NCBI GenBank assembly: GCA_023920165.1
Contig: CP089274.1
Span: 4,774,001 to 4,838,000, forward strand
DNA: 64,000 bases
Reading direction: 5' to 3'
Source of the DNA: Curvularia clavata
Lineage: Eukaryota
The position numbers and the translations under genes are program-made. Positions within the stretch are counted from its first letter, which is position 1. The number at the start of each line of letters is the position of its first letter. Under the pieces are notes generated by a model. That model searched no databases. It saw only the letters and a list, made by a program, of their open reading frames with translations, and was not told the DNA's origin. Of this stretch, positions 1-13,699 are shown piece by piece.

Positions 1-1301
1 TGATCAAAATGGAAAAGTGCCAAACACTGATGTGATGGAAGAAAGAAAAGTCCACGTATGCTTCTATTTCCAGAACGTTAATGCAGTCTGATGACGATAT
101 AGATTGGCTAGTGGAAATGGGAAGTTTGATTGGAGTGATGTTTACCGGGCTAGACAAGGAGGATGAGTCTGTGACTTGAATTGGACTTGGTGAAGTGAAT
201 GGGACTTCGTAGGGAAAAGACGAGCGTCAGAAGCTTCTGTACTAGATCTCACATGGGTACATACCCAAGTTTCCATATGTGAAACGCACTCATACTACAT
301 ATCGTCTGTTGCGTTTATAATTACAACAATCAAAATGACAGAGCTCACAACTCTCACACAACTAACCAAGCTATATTAAACAATGACTACATGTTCTCGA
401 ACCAAGAAGACACAGCATCACCCCTACTAACCAGATTACTCCACTTCATATAGTAAAAAAGCTAAAGGTTTACACAGGGAAAGTAGGAAAAATGGTATAT
501 TACGCTACCCAACAGCGACACCACAACACATCAATCCACTTTCAGTTCAACACCAAGAATAAGAGAAAAAGAGGAAAAAAGGGCTGTCCTACAAGACCCC
601 CACACAAAGGACTCTGGCAATAACCAGCTAGTCCTCTGCACACACGTACACACCCAATTCCTGGCCGATGAAGCCCCCTCCTAATCTCTCTATATATACC
701 CAACACCAGTTTTGACCCTACCAACCTGATTTAATTCCTCCATGGAGAGACTTCGTTTGTCTCCCTCTATTTCCATTCCCCTTTCCCTTCTCTTCTCCAG
801 TGCCAGTGAGATCCCTGAGCCATTCCTTCCTCGCTCCTTCTGCCCCCGCCACAAGCCAAAGCATACAAAAGGAAATAAGCTCCAAGCCATCAAATCCCTC
901 CACCAGGTCGTCAAGTTTCTCTCAACGACAGTCACGAAAGTGAAGCCTAAACAAGATGAGAAGTAAAGGAAAAAAATCGAGTTTGATTCGGAGATACAGA
1001 AAGGCACTAGGCCTCCCTCACTTAGTAGTCACACACACAGTAAGGAAAATAATCGGTGGTAGTTACTTAAACCCCCTTAAACGCCTTTCGGTCACAACAA
1101 ATAAGAAAGAAAAAAGATAGGATAGGAAATGGGCATCAATGCTAATCTCGTCTCGATCGCTAATGATAAAAAGGATCAAAGTTGGCAAAAGAGAAATGAA
1201 AAAGAATAGAAAGGAAAAAAAAGTAAGCGTTAGCTACAAACAAGCTGCGAAAAGAATCCCTGTCTCTTGCAAGCTCCCTTTTTTGTTGTGACTTCACTCA
1301 C

Positions 1302-4208
1302 TTAGCGCGACGACATGTGACGCATGCTGTTGCTGTTTGGCCGTCCAAGGGGCTGTGCGTACTTGGATACTGGCACCATGTCAGCGTGCAGGTCGTTGTT
1401 GCCGTTGACATCATCATCGTCTTCCAAGATGCGTGTTGGCACGACGGGGACATCATGAGATCGGTGCTGCAGGCTGGACCGGTCTGGTGTTGTGCTGGCG
1501 CTGGCCATGGACATGGAGGTGCTCGACCTGTGGCTTAGGTCGGGAGTAGGAGGAATGCTCGATCCCCGACCGGGGCGGAGCATGCTCTCATCATCGCCAT
1601 ACTCGCTGCCAATGGTCGACTGGGTACGGCCACCGTGCGACATCTGGCCAACGCTGCTGCGACGGTCACTATGACCGTCATCTTCAGTGTCGGCACGCTG
1701 AGCAAGCTGGAGTCCCTCTACAGCGGCAGCGCATTGCTCGGAAATGTTGCGGATGATATAAGCAATAGCGTCGGTCTTGTCACGGAGGACACGGTCGGCG
1801 ACGTCAACCAAAGATTGGTTGGAGAAGCGCTTCGAGTTGCGCGCTGGATTGTTGAACAGACGGTGCTCCATGTCTGGTGAGACGTCTTCGCCCTCAAGGT
1901 GCTTGCCCTGAGCGGTGCTGGCTCTCGACGCCTGGCGGCTGTCGACGCCCGCTACACCACGGATGGTACCAACCTCTGACTTGTCCTTGACAGAGCGGTG
2001 GCTGGACTCAGCCTCCTGGAACTCCTCATTCTCCTCCTCGGGCACGTCCTCGAAGCCAGCTTCCAGGTAGTTTGACATGTCGTCCTGGTTGAGCGACTTG
2101 ACAATGTGCTCCATGTGGTGGGTCTGGCCCTCGATAAGAGCACGGAGGTGGAGCACCACACGCTGTGCCTCGTCGCGCTGACGGAGGATAGCAGAGTTGG
2201 TGTGCTGGAGAGCACTAAGCTCCTTCTTGTTCTTCTTCCTCTCGCGCTCAAGCTCCTCAGCAATCTCCTGCTGAAGGACGAGTGCCTCGAGAGCATCGTC
2301 GCGCTGCTTCTCAGTACCAGAGAGACGGACAGTAAGCCTTGCGGCATCGTCCTTTTGCTGGTCAATGAGGCTGGTGAGACGACGGTTCTCACGCTTGTGG
2401 TTCTCAATCTTGACCTTGAGATCTTGAGTCTCCTTGGTAAGCTGTTCAGCGAAAGCCTGGAACTTGAGGAACTGCTGCTTCCAGCTCTCCAGCTCCTCGA
2501 CGAGGAAGTTGTTGCGCTTGGTAACCTTACCAAGCTCGCTGTCCATGCGCTGCTTGAGGTTGATGAAGTCGGTCCAGGCCTCCTGAGCGTCGCGCGAATA
2601 TTGGTTGCGCTCGCGCACAATCTCGTTCAGGTGACGCATGGAGACCTTGGTCATGAGTGGCTTCTTGACGGAGCCGCCAAAGAGGGCTTTGACGCCAGTG
2701 TTTCGGCCCTGATTGGAATGTTAGATGCAACATGGGACAACAGCAGATGGTCGAGTACTTACAAGCTTCTCACATACGTGGTCCATGACGGACATGACGG
2801 CATCCTGAGACCACCAGTCGGGATCCTGGATGCTCTCAACCTCGCCACGCATGACAATGATTTGCCCAGCAGGAATGAGTTTTCCACCACCATAGGCAGA
2901 GCGCAGATGTTGTGGAACACCGGTTGGCGCAACCTCACCATTGAGAGCCTGCGTCAGACGAGTGATCATCTTCGTCCTCTGACCAGCCGAGAGGGCAGTC
3001 GGAGGGCTTGATGTCAGGACAAAGTTACGGTCCAGGTCGATGACAAGAGCATCAGTTGGGGCTGTGAAGAGCGAACGGCACTCGGATGTTACACCAAGAA
3101 TGTAGGGACCCGGCTCTTGGACCAGATCCTTGACATGGCGTGCATGGACGACGGGTACATACAGACCACTCCACTCGTAGACCCTTACGCAGAAGCGCAC
3201 GGTCTCGGCTGCAACTGTAAGCATGGCGGGGTAGTGACTGGTGAAGATGATGCGTCGCGTGGGTGACAATGCGGCCTCGATGACACCTACGATGTTGGGA
3301 ATAGACAAACACGTAAAGAGGGGCCACATTGCAAAGTTTTGGAAACCGGTTGGCGACGAGGGGAACTGGTAGCACAGAGCATAATCCTTCATGTCGATGC
3401 GGACCAAATCGTTCAAACGTGGAGCGGGGAAACTCAAGATGCGAGATACCTCCTCAGCGTGGAAGAGGTTGGTGGCCTTGTTCCAGTGAATCCACATACC
3501 ACGCAGGTAGTCGCCGAGCAGGTTGTACAAGGGATAACGGGAGAGGAAGCTGAGGCAGTAGGGAATCCAGTAGGTCTCTTCTGGGTTGTCGTAGAAGTCG
3601 GGCTCAATTCGCTTGCGCAGGTCGCGGATGGTCTCAGCCCTCTTCTCGTCGGCGCGCGACCAGACACGCAGCGCAATACCATACAAGGTGTGAGAAGAAT
3701 CTTGTTGCAGAACGAACGAGTGGTGGACGCAGTGGGGCTGGCTCCTGCCAGTGCAAATCTCAACGTCGTGGGGGAAGCATGCCTGGAACGTTGGTTAGTT
3801 AACTGATCTTGGCAATGACATGGTTTCCAGGCATACCCTCATAGCAGCATGCAGAGACCTTGCAACCTCGTTGTCTTGCTCGAGCCTTGGGCTGCTTCCC
3901 AGAATTTCAGGAAGCCAGAAGGTACCGACAGCGCCCTTCATGTGGCCAATCTTGCCCTGAGCGGGCGCAGGCGCCTTCACCCATTGCGAAGGCTCACGGC
4001 CAACACCACAGACCATGTATGCATGTGTAAGTGTTTTGGGGCTTCTTGCACCCTGCTTGACATTCAATGTGGATGGAAGTGGCTGGGTAATTCTCGAGTG
4101 GAGAGAAGACGTCCGGCTGGGGATAATGAGGCTGTGGTCGGCATTATCTCTGGTGGGAGGGCGCTCGCTGGCGCCAGTGCGAGGGCGCAGGCTCAAAGAA
4201 GGTGCCAT
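1302..4208 (-). CDS. DENN-domain protein (Rab GEF-like) with C-terminal coiled coil; exons 4208-3837, 3782-2763, 2708-1302
   Basis: Three ORFs join in frame across two 54-bp GT-AG introns (3783-3836, 2709-2762). DENN-like motifs RRIIFTSHYPAML and EPGPYILGV, followed by a long heptad-rich E/K/Q segment. Confidence 0.85.
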
Positions 4209-4825
4209 TGTAGCTGGTTCAACGGTGGTCCTATCGAGTTGGACGTGGGACTGTGACGGCAGCGAAGGGAATGGTGGCGGATGGGGTCCGGTAAATTACA
4301 ATGATGGCGAGAACAGGGAAAACATTGAGGTATGCGTCGATTGAATCCGTTATGGCAACCAGCCGCCAGAAGACAAGTGATAGAGTGAGCAGAGGCGGAA
4401 GCGTGCGCAGTGTAACGCAACCGAAGGATTGAGGGCTCAAAACCAGCTTGCTGCGGGTAGTAGAGAAGGGCGGCAGCCAGGGGGAAGCATGGCTTTTGGG
4501 GAAGCTCTGGCGCGGCGCGCGGACTGAATGCTTGGGGGCAGACGACTAGACAAGGATGGCGTTCACAAGTCTCGGTTCGAGGAAATGAAAAGAAGCTTAT
4601 CCCTGCCAGGCGCAGGGTCCCTCAACACGCACGGGCGTGTGCGCCGTCAGGGGCGGGAGGTCGTGGATTAACGGCTGGCCTGTTTTCGACGAGAGAGGCC
4701 GGCGGCAACGGGTGCAAGGGCCGCAATCAAATCCTGCCGCGTGCCTGAGTGTGCCCGGACGAGCTGGCGGGCATAAATGACTTTTGTACATGGGCATGTA
4801 CAGAATCATAGTCGCCGTGGGCGCA

Positions 4826-4864
4826 GTGGTGGTCGTGGTGGTTGTGGTTGTGTCTGCTGTGGTT
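4826..4864. repeat. Imperfect (GGT/GTT)n trinucleotide microsatellite upstream of the DENN gene
   Basis: gtggtggtcgtggtggttgtggttgtg... Confidence 0.6.
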
Positions 4865-6104
4865 GCGCCGGGGTGGTGTGCATAGCCCATGTCACAGCAC
4901 ATGGAATCCTACGGTGCCTGCAGCCCTGTCCGGTGCGTGACTCGGCCCAGCTAGGGAGGGAGTGTCTCCGCTCGTGGCAATAGTGTGGTCATGGAACGGC
5001 CTTTTGTGTGTGTGTGCTGGATGCCGATTTGGGCCCAGGTGCGAATCAGTCAACCAGTCGCCCTCGTTGTGCATGCTCGACAAGAGCCAGACGTGGTGCA
5101 TGCATATCACCCATCTACATACATTGCCGCGCCGCGGGCGTGCATGAGCCAACTTCCCGCACTTACAGCATCGACGGTCCGCATATCGAAATGGGCGTGG
5201 GCGTGCACGTTGCAAACCTCTCCTGACGGGCCAGCTTGTTTGTTATGGCTCGTTTGTTGCCCAGCACGCCGCAGACGAAACTGGCGTCTCGACGGCCTTT
5301 TTGCACCCACGCCTTTGGTAGCACTGCCCAGTCTGCTGCGTCGGCTCCGCTGTCCGGCACGGCTGTGTGCTCGACGACGACGACGACGTTGGTGTGCTCG
5401 TACGCTCTCTAGGCGTTGGCTGTCCTGCGGAAGGGCTGAAACACTGGCCGCTCGCCGTCCGCAGAGAACCAGTGTTGGTGCTGCAGCCGGCCTTGACTGC
5501 CGCACCACGACAGCGAGTCGCTCCACTGCCCTCAGTACATGTAGCGCGTCATGGTTGTCGTCGCAGTGCATGGTGTGTATGTATGATCAGCAACCAGGTG
5601 GGCCACGTCGTGATTGGGCGTGGGGAATACTCCGATGCACTTAAGATATGGGTTCCTAGTCGACGTCGCTATAGCTCGGCCACGGCGACGAATGCGCTCC
5701 AGCACGTCTATGGCGCTGCCGTGTTTCGCTCGCTGGTGCATTGCGTTAGAATCGTCGAGCCAGCGCCCGTCGCCGGCCGCCAGATCGCTCCACTCGGCCG
5801 TGTGGTAGTCTGCTCGATCAAAGTTTGTTTGGGTGCGCTAATCGGTCGTCTCCATTGTCTGGTCCGCATCTTTCTTCCATCTAGCAAAGCTGTGAAATTG
5901 CGACCTGCCGGGCGCGTGGCCGTCCCATTGGTCCCACGTTAATCGGCGCTTGGCATCTAATCGCAGCCGCATCTCCCTCTCCGCATGCCTCAACCCTCTG
6001 CATCAAGGCCCATCTTTTTTTTTATGGCGCCACGCTCCGCCGCCACACTTGTCCTGGTGTCCATCACCCGCCTGTCCTGCCCACCAAACGTCTGATTCAT
6101 CAAC

Positions 6105-7610
6105 ATGGACGACAGCTCGAGCAGCGCGTTGCTCAACGAACTATGCAGCGTCTGGTAGGTCGTGACAATTCTCTTCCGATAACGTTGACACTCAAGCCGG
6201 AAAGGCCCTAGACCGCTCGACCAGCGGTCCAATCACAGCTGCATCCTAGTCTTCACAGCAGCCAGCCAGCCAGCCAGCCAGCCATGCATAGTCGGCCCCA
6301 GTAGTCCACTGCTGACAGCTCCCTCCAGCAACACCACCAAATTCAAATATCGCTGTCCAGGTTGCGATGCACGCACATGCTCGCTGCCATGTTACAAGCG
6401 CCATCAACAATGGGCGCAATGCTCTGGCCGGCGAGACCCAACAAAGTTTGTCAAAAAGTCTCAGTTGCTAACACCTGCCGGCATCGATCATGACTTCAAC
6501 TTTCTCTCCAACATAGAGCGTAACATGGACAAAGCCGATAAGGTTGCCGCCAATGCCACCGCTACCGCCCCCGAACAGGGCTTGTCAACCCGTCAGCGCG
6601 CTGGTGTGCCCTATTCTAAACTCGAGATAGCTGCTGGCGTCACCATCATCCGAGCGCCCCAGGGCTTGAGCAGGCAGAGGGAAAATAGGTCGCACATGTC
6701 CGCCACAAAGTGAGACACCCCGCTTACCTCTCACGTGCATGCAACACCGCTGATCTGCGTCCCCAGAAAAGCCTCCCGCAACATCGTGTGGACGCTCGAG
6801 TGGATAGACGATGCATCCAAGAGGCGTGTGCTTACTCAGACCTCGTCTGTACAGCTAATTAAAGATGCACAGCCTTTTGCACCACATGGTACAGAGGCTA
6901 AAAGCAAGAAACGGAAGCTCAACACTGAAGCACCTGCTCCTGCTTCTGCTCCAGCTGTCACCTCTCCTAAAGCAAGCCAGTCACAGCACCACCATGCCCA
7001 GCCTGTTGCAGAGGCTCAAGAACAGTCCCTTCTACCCCTTCACGTGGACGCTGAGACACCGATCGACCATGCGTCCCCAGGACCCGTCTCTCCTGGCCGA
7101 GGAGATGCAACCCCTCGTCGGTCGGACCAAGGACAAGCCGCCGCAAAAAGGCAAACGGACGTGCCAGACATACACCATAGCGATCCTGACCATGATGAGC
7201 GAGCCCCCCAACCCATGGATCACGGGAGGCAACCCAAGTTTTTTCTGCTAAAGCCTCGTACAAGCACAACTCGCAGGGTACTCATACCCCTGGATTCATC
7301 TTCCACAATTGCCGAGAGCCTACGTGGCCGTACTATTCTCGAGTTTCCGACTATTCATGTGTTTCCTCCAGACCTAGGTGAATTGCCAAAGGACGAGTTT
7401 ATGCTAGAAGACGAGTATGCCGAGTTGGAGGGTGAGCAGCAAAAGGAATTTGACGAGCTCATGGGCGAGCTCGACCCCGAAATTCTCAAGAGGTTGAAGG
7501 AGGGGGAAGAGGGGGCGTCAAGGGACGGGGCAGGTGGTGTCGGTGAGGACGAAGTGGACAGTAAGAAGATTTTGGACGTGCTCAAGCAAGATCTCGGCAG
7601 ACGCCTGTGA
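6105..7610 (+). CDS. BCD1: Box C/D snoRNA assembly protein, zf-HIT (Bcd1/ZNHIT6); exons 6105-6154, 6329-6709, 6767-7610
   Basis: Spliced N-terminus LCSVC..KYRCPGCDARTCSLPCYKRHQQWAQCSGRRDP (HIT zinc finger), DHDFNFL, WTLEW and LRGRTILEFPTI motifs; canonical introns. Confidence 0.88.
6259..6283. repeat. (GCCA)6 tetranucleotide microsatellite in BCD1 intron 1
   Basis: cagccagccagccagccagccagcc. Confidence 0.85.
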
Positions 7611-10505
7611 TCACAGTCGACCAGCCTGCATGTGCGCCGAGTCAAAAGAAACTTTACCCTTCATGTTTTGTATGCATCTGGTCACTGCTGGAAAAGAAAA
7701 GAAAAGCCCATGACAAGTGGCTCGCTTCAAGAGATGGGATTCTTTTTGTCACCGAGGCAGATACCTCCACACCCTCACTATGAATCACGGCTTTGAAGAA
7801 TATTCGTCATGCCATCTAAAAGCAAACATGTAAACATGCCGTCCACCTTCTCCTCTCTGGGTTTTTGACCTTTTTTGGTTGCTTTCTCTTCATTTCAAGG
7901 CACCCCACTACTCTACTCGCGGCATAGACGCCCTTTTACTTGCTTTTTCTACGCTCAGCCATGCTTGACTCTCAACACACGGAACAACCATCCGCCCATT
8001 CAGGTCACATTACACTTACAAGCCGAATTCAACGGCCCCAACGTCTCCACTAATTCCTTCCATATTGCCTTTTCTCAATGATCCTTCCTTTTTTTTCGAC
8101 GCGTAGCCTTCTCCTGTCTCCCCTAATAACCCCCGTGACGTGTGCTCATGCAGGTTCGTCTCTAATCGTCAAGCGTCGCCCGCATAGCCTTTCTGCCTTT
8201 TCCCTTTACCTCCGGTCGGCCGCTCCCTCGCTCCCTTCTCGACAGGTACAGGGCTTCCGTACTTGCCGTAAGACTATCAGTATCCACTTTTCCTTAAAAC
8301 CTCAGAGTCGCAGGCACCGAACTGACTCTTCCAATATCAATCTATATCTGGCACGGTATTTACCTAGTCGGTGTGCCGAGGAGAGAATGTGATTGCGACA
8401 TTTGCGACAGTACGTGCCGATGCGGCTCCCCAAGGGATTGCGACAAGGTTGATCCTATTGCGCTTGTATACTAGTGCAACACCATATCCGATTTTGCTCT
8501 TATCGGTCTAGTGCCATTGCGCATTCTCTTGTCTACGAGTAATCCACCCGGCTTACCAACCCCGCTCCTCCATCCCAATAATATTCGAGACAATGTTTTG
8601 GCCGAGCGGACAGCCATGTTCCCTCTGCCAAAGCCCCCCACGGGTCAGAAAACTAGCCCATGCATAACGCCCTAATTCACTGCGCCTCGCTATCTTTACA
8701 TAGTAACATTACGCTTACTGCATAAGCCATCATGTTCCATGTTGCCGGTAACCCGTAAGCGGAGAATTAAAACCACAGTTTATGGCATAATGATTTTCAA
8801 GGCGAACAAGAATGCTAGTTAGCTTAGCACGTCTCAAACAAACGTTTATCTCCTCAAACCATCACACCCCTGTATCGGAACAATCATACCTGCCGCTCCT
8901 ATACCCCAGGCCCTTTGCCTCTTCTGCTCCACTTGCCGCAAATGCGAAATACAACCTAGTAATCCCTCATGCATGTGACTTGCGACGCAGCAGTTTTCGA
9001 ATGTGGAAAAGCACCCTCGCCCCTCGTTCAAACTGACTCTTGTCCTTTTCCGCCCACACTCTGCTGCTAATGCGCCGTTTCTCTCCCCCGCGCACCTTCC
9101 CCGACCCATGGTCATAACAATACGCCCGTTTGTATGTGTAGAAACACGACTCAGCCATTGCAGCAACAATGAGCGGTGATTCGTTCCAGAGCGTGTAGCT
9201 ATCATTACCGTGAGCCTCAGCTCCCCGGCGCAGCCACCACCAACCAAACCATCTGGACCCCTACCCCTCACTCGCTGGACATCGTGTTCTCGCCTGAAGT
9301 GAAACAAAACAAATCACTCGTAGCCATTTGATGCCTTGCTTTACATAGCTCAACCGTTCCAGATAACGGCGGGGAGGTGTATGGGCAGGGAAGAGGCTGG
9401 ACCTGCGGACTGGGTTCATCCTAAAGTCAGCCTCAACCAAGTTATCGCGATTAAATGGGTGATGCCGAGGGTGAATGTGCTAAGCATGTGAGACTGAGGT
9501 TTGGGGGTAATGGAAGAGGGGCCGGAGAGAGCGCGGTGGAATAGAATGGGGTATGAGGGATACGAGGGTGGGGGAGACGTATCGGAAGAGGGAAAGAAAA
9601 ACGAAAGGGGTGCGTATATTTTGCGTTTCCTTCTGTGTCGTCACATGGGTCAGGGAATTTTCTATGGGCTGATGTCGCTGATGCTTGAGAGGATTTTATG
9701 AATGGTCCACTTTGATGTAGTGATTTGTTCATACGGGCATAACAAGTCATTCTTTTATCCTCTTCTTGATACGCGATATAGAAGGTATATTATAGGTATG
9801 CATACTCCTATAGTATAGCAAATACTATAGCAGAGAGATATCGAACTTTCGAATTCAAAAGAATAGTGCAAAATTCAAGTTTATCGACGGATCTTTGCTT
9901 GCGATACTAAGTGTTGTCAAGAACTCAGTTGTACGATAAGCTATTCATATGATAAAATGAAATGTCATGTTCTAAACCTGAGCTTTCTAAGCTTTCGGGC
10001 TAATCATCTTTGGTATGCTATATGGGAAAATGAGTCTCGGGATTTTTTTTTTCAACCTTATATTTTAACGTTCAGCAATATAGTAACTAAACAGAGTTTG
10101 CTTAGTAGAATATGCGTTGGGCGAACAGATCGCTTTTCTAGTACTGCATAGGCTATATGGGAAAATGAAAAATGCAAAGTTAACGAGAGCTTGAGCCGTT
10201 CATAATGTAGTATTAGTAGAGGAATTCCATCTCACCATTTTCTCGTGGAATGAATTGAATTATGCTTCTATTTCCTTCAACGGCCTTGCTGTACACTGCG
10301 GAACTTTGTCGTACCACTCCAAAGCCTCTCTCATGTCAAACCATGAGGAAAAAAAATGCAATCAGTATTCTAGATTTCGACATGCGAACATTTCGACCAT
10401 GACACTGGATCTTCGACTCTATCTATACTTTTCTGTCCAAAACTCTGCTGTATCTCCCAAAGAAATATCCCCAACTCCACACTGGATGGCCCTTTGTGTC
10501 TCCCT

Positions 10506-11262
10506 CTAAGCCTTCTCCAACAGTCCCTTGGCTTGGAGATAATCCACAATCTCCTTTACACTCTCCTCGACACTCTTCTGATCACTCCGGATGTGGATCT
10601 CCGGCTTCTCAGGCGCCTCGTATGGCGCGCTGATGCCCGTGAACTCTGGGATCTTGCCTTCCCTCGCCTTCTTGTAGAGGCCCTTGGGGTCGCGCGCCTC
10701 GGCGACTTCGAGAGGCAGGTCGACAAAGACCTCGATGAAGGCGAGGGGTGAGTCGGTGCCGGTGGTGACGGCGTGCAGGTCGCGCGCTTGGGCGCGGTCC
10801 GCTTTGTAGGGCGAGATGAAGGATGTGATGGCGATGGTGGAGGAGTCGGCGAAGAGCTTGGCGACCTGGGGAGGGTGGTCTTGTTAGCTTTCTGTGGCTT
10901 CCTTTGTGTTTCGTTTGGTACATTCACTGCTGCTGGGCCACATACCTCTGCTATCCGCCTGATGTTTTCGTTGCGGTCTTTCTCGGAGAAACCAAGGTCC
11001 TTGTTCAGACCAAACCGCACATTGTCGCCATCCAGACGGTAGGCCGCGAATCCAAGGTGCAGGAGGTGCTGCTCGAGAGCCGTTGCAATGGTGGATTTTC
11101 CCGACGCAGATAGACCGGTGAACCAGATTGTGAAACCCTTCTGCTTGCGATATGAGTTGCGCTCATCGCGCGAAAGAGATGGGTGCCATGTGATGTTGCT
11201 AATAAGTACCGTTAGTGATTTGTATGCTGGTGGTGGGGCAATGGCGGGGCTCACGTTGCCAT
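10506..11262 (-). CDS. MET14: Adenylyl-sulfate (APS) kinase; exons 11262-11255, 11198-10946, 10865-10506
   Basis: MATNITWH start, P-loop [47 protein letters not shown]. Confidence 0.96.
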
Positions 11263-11712
11263 TGTGAGAGCTGCAGATGACGTCGCGACGGGTAGATGAA
11301 AAGGATGGGTAAAGGTGACAAGTTTGAGTAGATTCGCGATGGGCGAAGCAGCGTTTTAAAGCTCAAGAGTAGAAGGCTGATCCGATTTTCTCAGCGAGAA
11401 TCTTTTGTCCCAGTAGAAACCTGGGATCTTCTTAGCGTGAATGACGTGCTGCTGGGCTTTCTGTGGGGAGGTAACGCTTATTGCGGAGTGTACCTCATAT
11501 TGCGTGCCGTTGTCGGCCACTACATGGAGAAACCATCTTGGTTCTCATTAGGACCAACAGCTGTAGAGTGTATGCACCCCACTCAGTGCGCGCAAGGCCT
11601 TGGGTCGTTGATGTTCGGAGGACATCGAGTTTGTTCAAAAAAGAAAAACATTGGTGAACGATTGATCGGAGTATGCACAGCAACGTAGTAGCTTCTGAAT
11701 CGAATGAAATAC

Positions 11713-13699
11713 TTAGAGAATGCCGCCCGCAAAACTTGACGCCCTTGTCGGTCTGGTCCGTATTTCAGGACTTCTGCCATCGCCGTCCCATCCGTGCATG
11801 GATGGAACCTCGCCCCTGCTTCCGTTCTTCCTCAACTGCACACCATCACCTCCTGCAATGCTCCCGGCAGGCGCAAGATCAAAAGGCTTCCTGCGCCTGA
11901 CAAGCTGGTATCCTCGGTCAAGTTCGACTTCAATGGCACACCTGATTTTCAATGCTGTGACTGCTGGCCACACAATCCTCTCACCTTTCAGTATCCAGTA
12001 GTCTATTGCTTCTTTTGTTGGGTTCTCCAGAAGCTTGAAGAAATCGCTTGGTGTGAGTTCGGGCACGAGCGTAAGGCTAGGCCCAGGAATGTTTTCATCG
12101 AGTAAGAAACGTCGGATTGACGGAGAAAGTAGACCGAGCTCATCTAGCTGTTGCAATCTGTGCTGTATCTCCAGGACTACAAGACGAAGAATTGGCATAC
12201 TAAGTCGCAAGCGACCGTCCTGTTTGGGGTTCGGATGATGTAGGTCGGAACGAAGAAAGGGCGCAAGATAGGGCCGCGCCTGTGAGACAATAAAGTGGTT
12301 TACGTTGAAAAGCTCTCCAATACGATGTAGAGGCGACTCGCGGTCACGGTAGGAAGCGTGAGTATACGGACGGAAAGTGGTTTTAGAGGCTGGAGACCAG
12401 GGAACGATATTGCCTTCTTCGTCCTTGCACATCATTGTAACCGGGTGATATAGCGTCGACGAGGCCGTCGCATTGGAGGCGAGGGCTGCGGACCAGATGA
12501 GCTGCAGCTGTCAGCAACTTCTTCAACGGACGAATACCAGTATACGTACCACATTGGGAGCTGTCAGGTAGTTGAGTAGGTTTGGAACGCTGTCACCGCC
12601 ACTAGTCGTGACTGTGATATTCAAAACCCTCTTTGTCCTCGCATATGCTTCCTCAAAGGTCAGGTCTCCGACATTGGCTCTCAGGACTTGTTCGAGTACG
12701 CCCACGTCCAGGAAATGGCCTTGATTCCACCATCTCTTCACACGGCGTATGAGGGTTTCGAGCCGTCTAGTGCCTCTAGTGCCTTTCCTATATGGGCGGT
12801 TCGAGAAGGCTGTCAGATCGATGTTCCTCCCCGTCAGAAACTCTAGTAGCTCGTCTTCCGTATGAACACCCACCAGTGCCGCTATGAGTGCCCCAGTAGC
12901 AGTTCCAGCAATGATTCGAGGAAGCAAACCGCGTAAGTGCAGTGCTTTGACAACACCCAGGTGACATAAGCCAAAGACTTGTCCGCCCTGAAGTACAAGG
13001 ACCGATCTCCCAAACGCTTGCCTCGTATCGTGAAGAACGTCCAACTTCGCCTGATTCGTCAAACCTGTGTCCGAGTTCCTCGACGTAGGATATTGTGTGA
13101 GATTCTCGATTGCGTAGGCAACTTGAGTGACGTAGTCTTCGATCAGGAGTTTTGTCCCCGCATAAGCACGGTTGTAGAGTCGCGAGGCGGTTATGTTTCC
13201 GAGATTTCGTACGAGACCGCTGCGCAGCAGATTGATGACGCCAAGGATATCATTGTCTTCTTGGGCGTCGTAGAGGGCAGAGAGACGCTGGTGGATGAGG
13301 CGATGATCGTAGTCTTTGCTCTTTGCGGTCTGTCGCCTGTGCGCCATAGTCAGTCGAATGCCCAAAGAGCGCGCGTCTTGTTGAGGATGAAACGGAAGGC
13401 TTACCACAGGTCATAGTCGAGGACTTCATCGAGCTTGTACGCAGCGGCCTCCCATTCTTCAAACAACTTTGCATTGCTGATTGCCTCCAGCAACAGGTCC
13501 CTCTGACTCTTTTGCGTCCACCACGCGTAGAGTTTCTTCAACATGTCAGCTCTGCACACAGGAGTGCTCCAAGCAGCTACTCAAATGGAATAGTCGATGC
13601 CGGGAGAAGACGTACCCTCTGCCAAAAGAAAGCGACGTCAAACAAGCATAAGAAGAAGCTCCACAACGCCCCAGACGCGATGCTTAGCCATCCATTCAT
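11713..13699 (-). CDS. Patatin-like triacylglycerol lipase, Tgl3-like; exons 13699-13616, 13535-13405, 13336-12550, 12501-11713
   Basis: RSGLVRNLGNI, GRSVLVLQGGQVFGLCHLGVVKAL, GDLTFEEAY, LLNYLTAPNV-LIWSA, LFNVNHFIVSQARPY; N-terminal hydrophobic helix. Nucleophile motif reads GTATG. Confidence 0.9.

Noticed and set aside
1..1300. A-rich tract with small ORFs
   Set aside because: Consistent with the T-rich 3'-UTR/terminator region of the minus-strand DENN gene.
2106..3011. 301-aa plus-strand ORF
   Set aside because: Antisense shadow of the DENN gene caused by codon bias.
4450..5950. Many overlapping 100-220 aa ORFs
   Set aside because: GC-rich, microsatellite-containing promoter/UTR between divergent genes; low-complexity translations.
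11278..11287. ATGACGTCGC as a Cys-3/MetR site upstream of MET14
   Set aside because: Imperfect match and only ~16 bp from the ATG, so likely inside the 5'-UTR.
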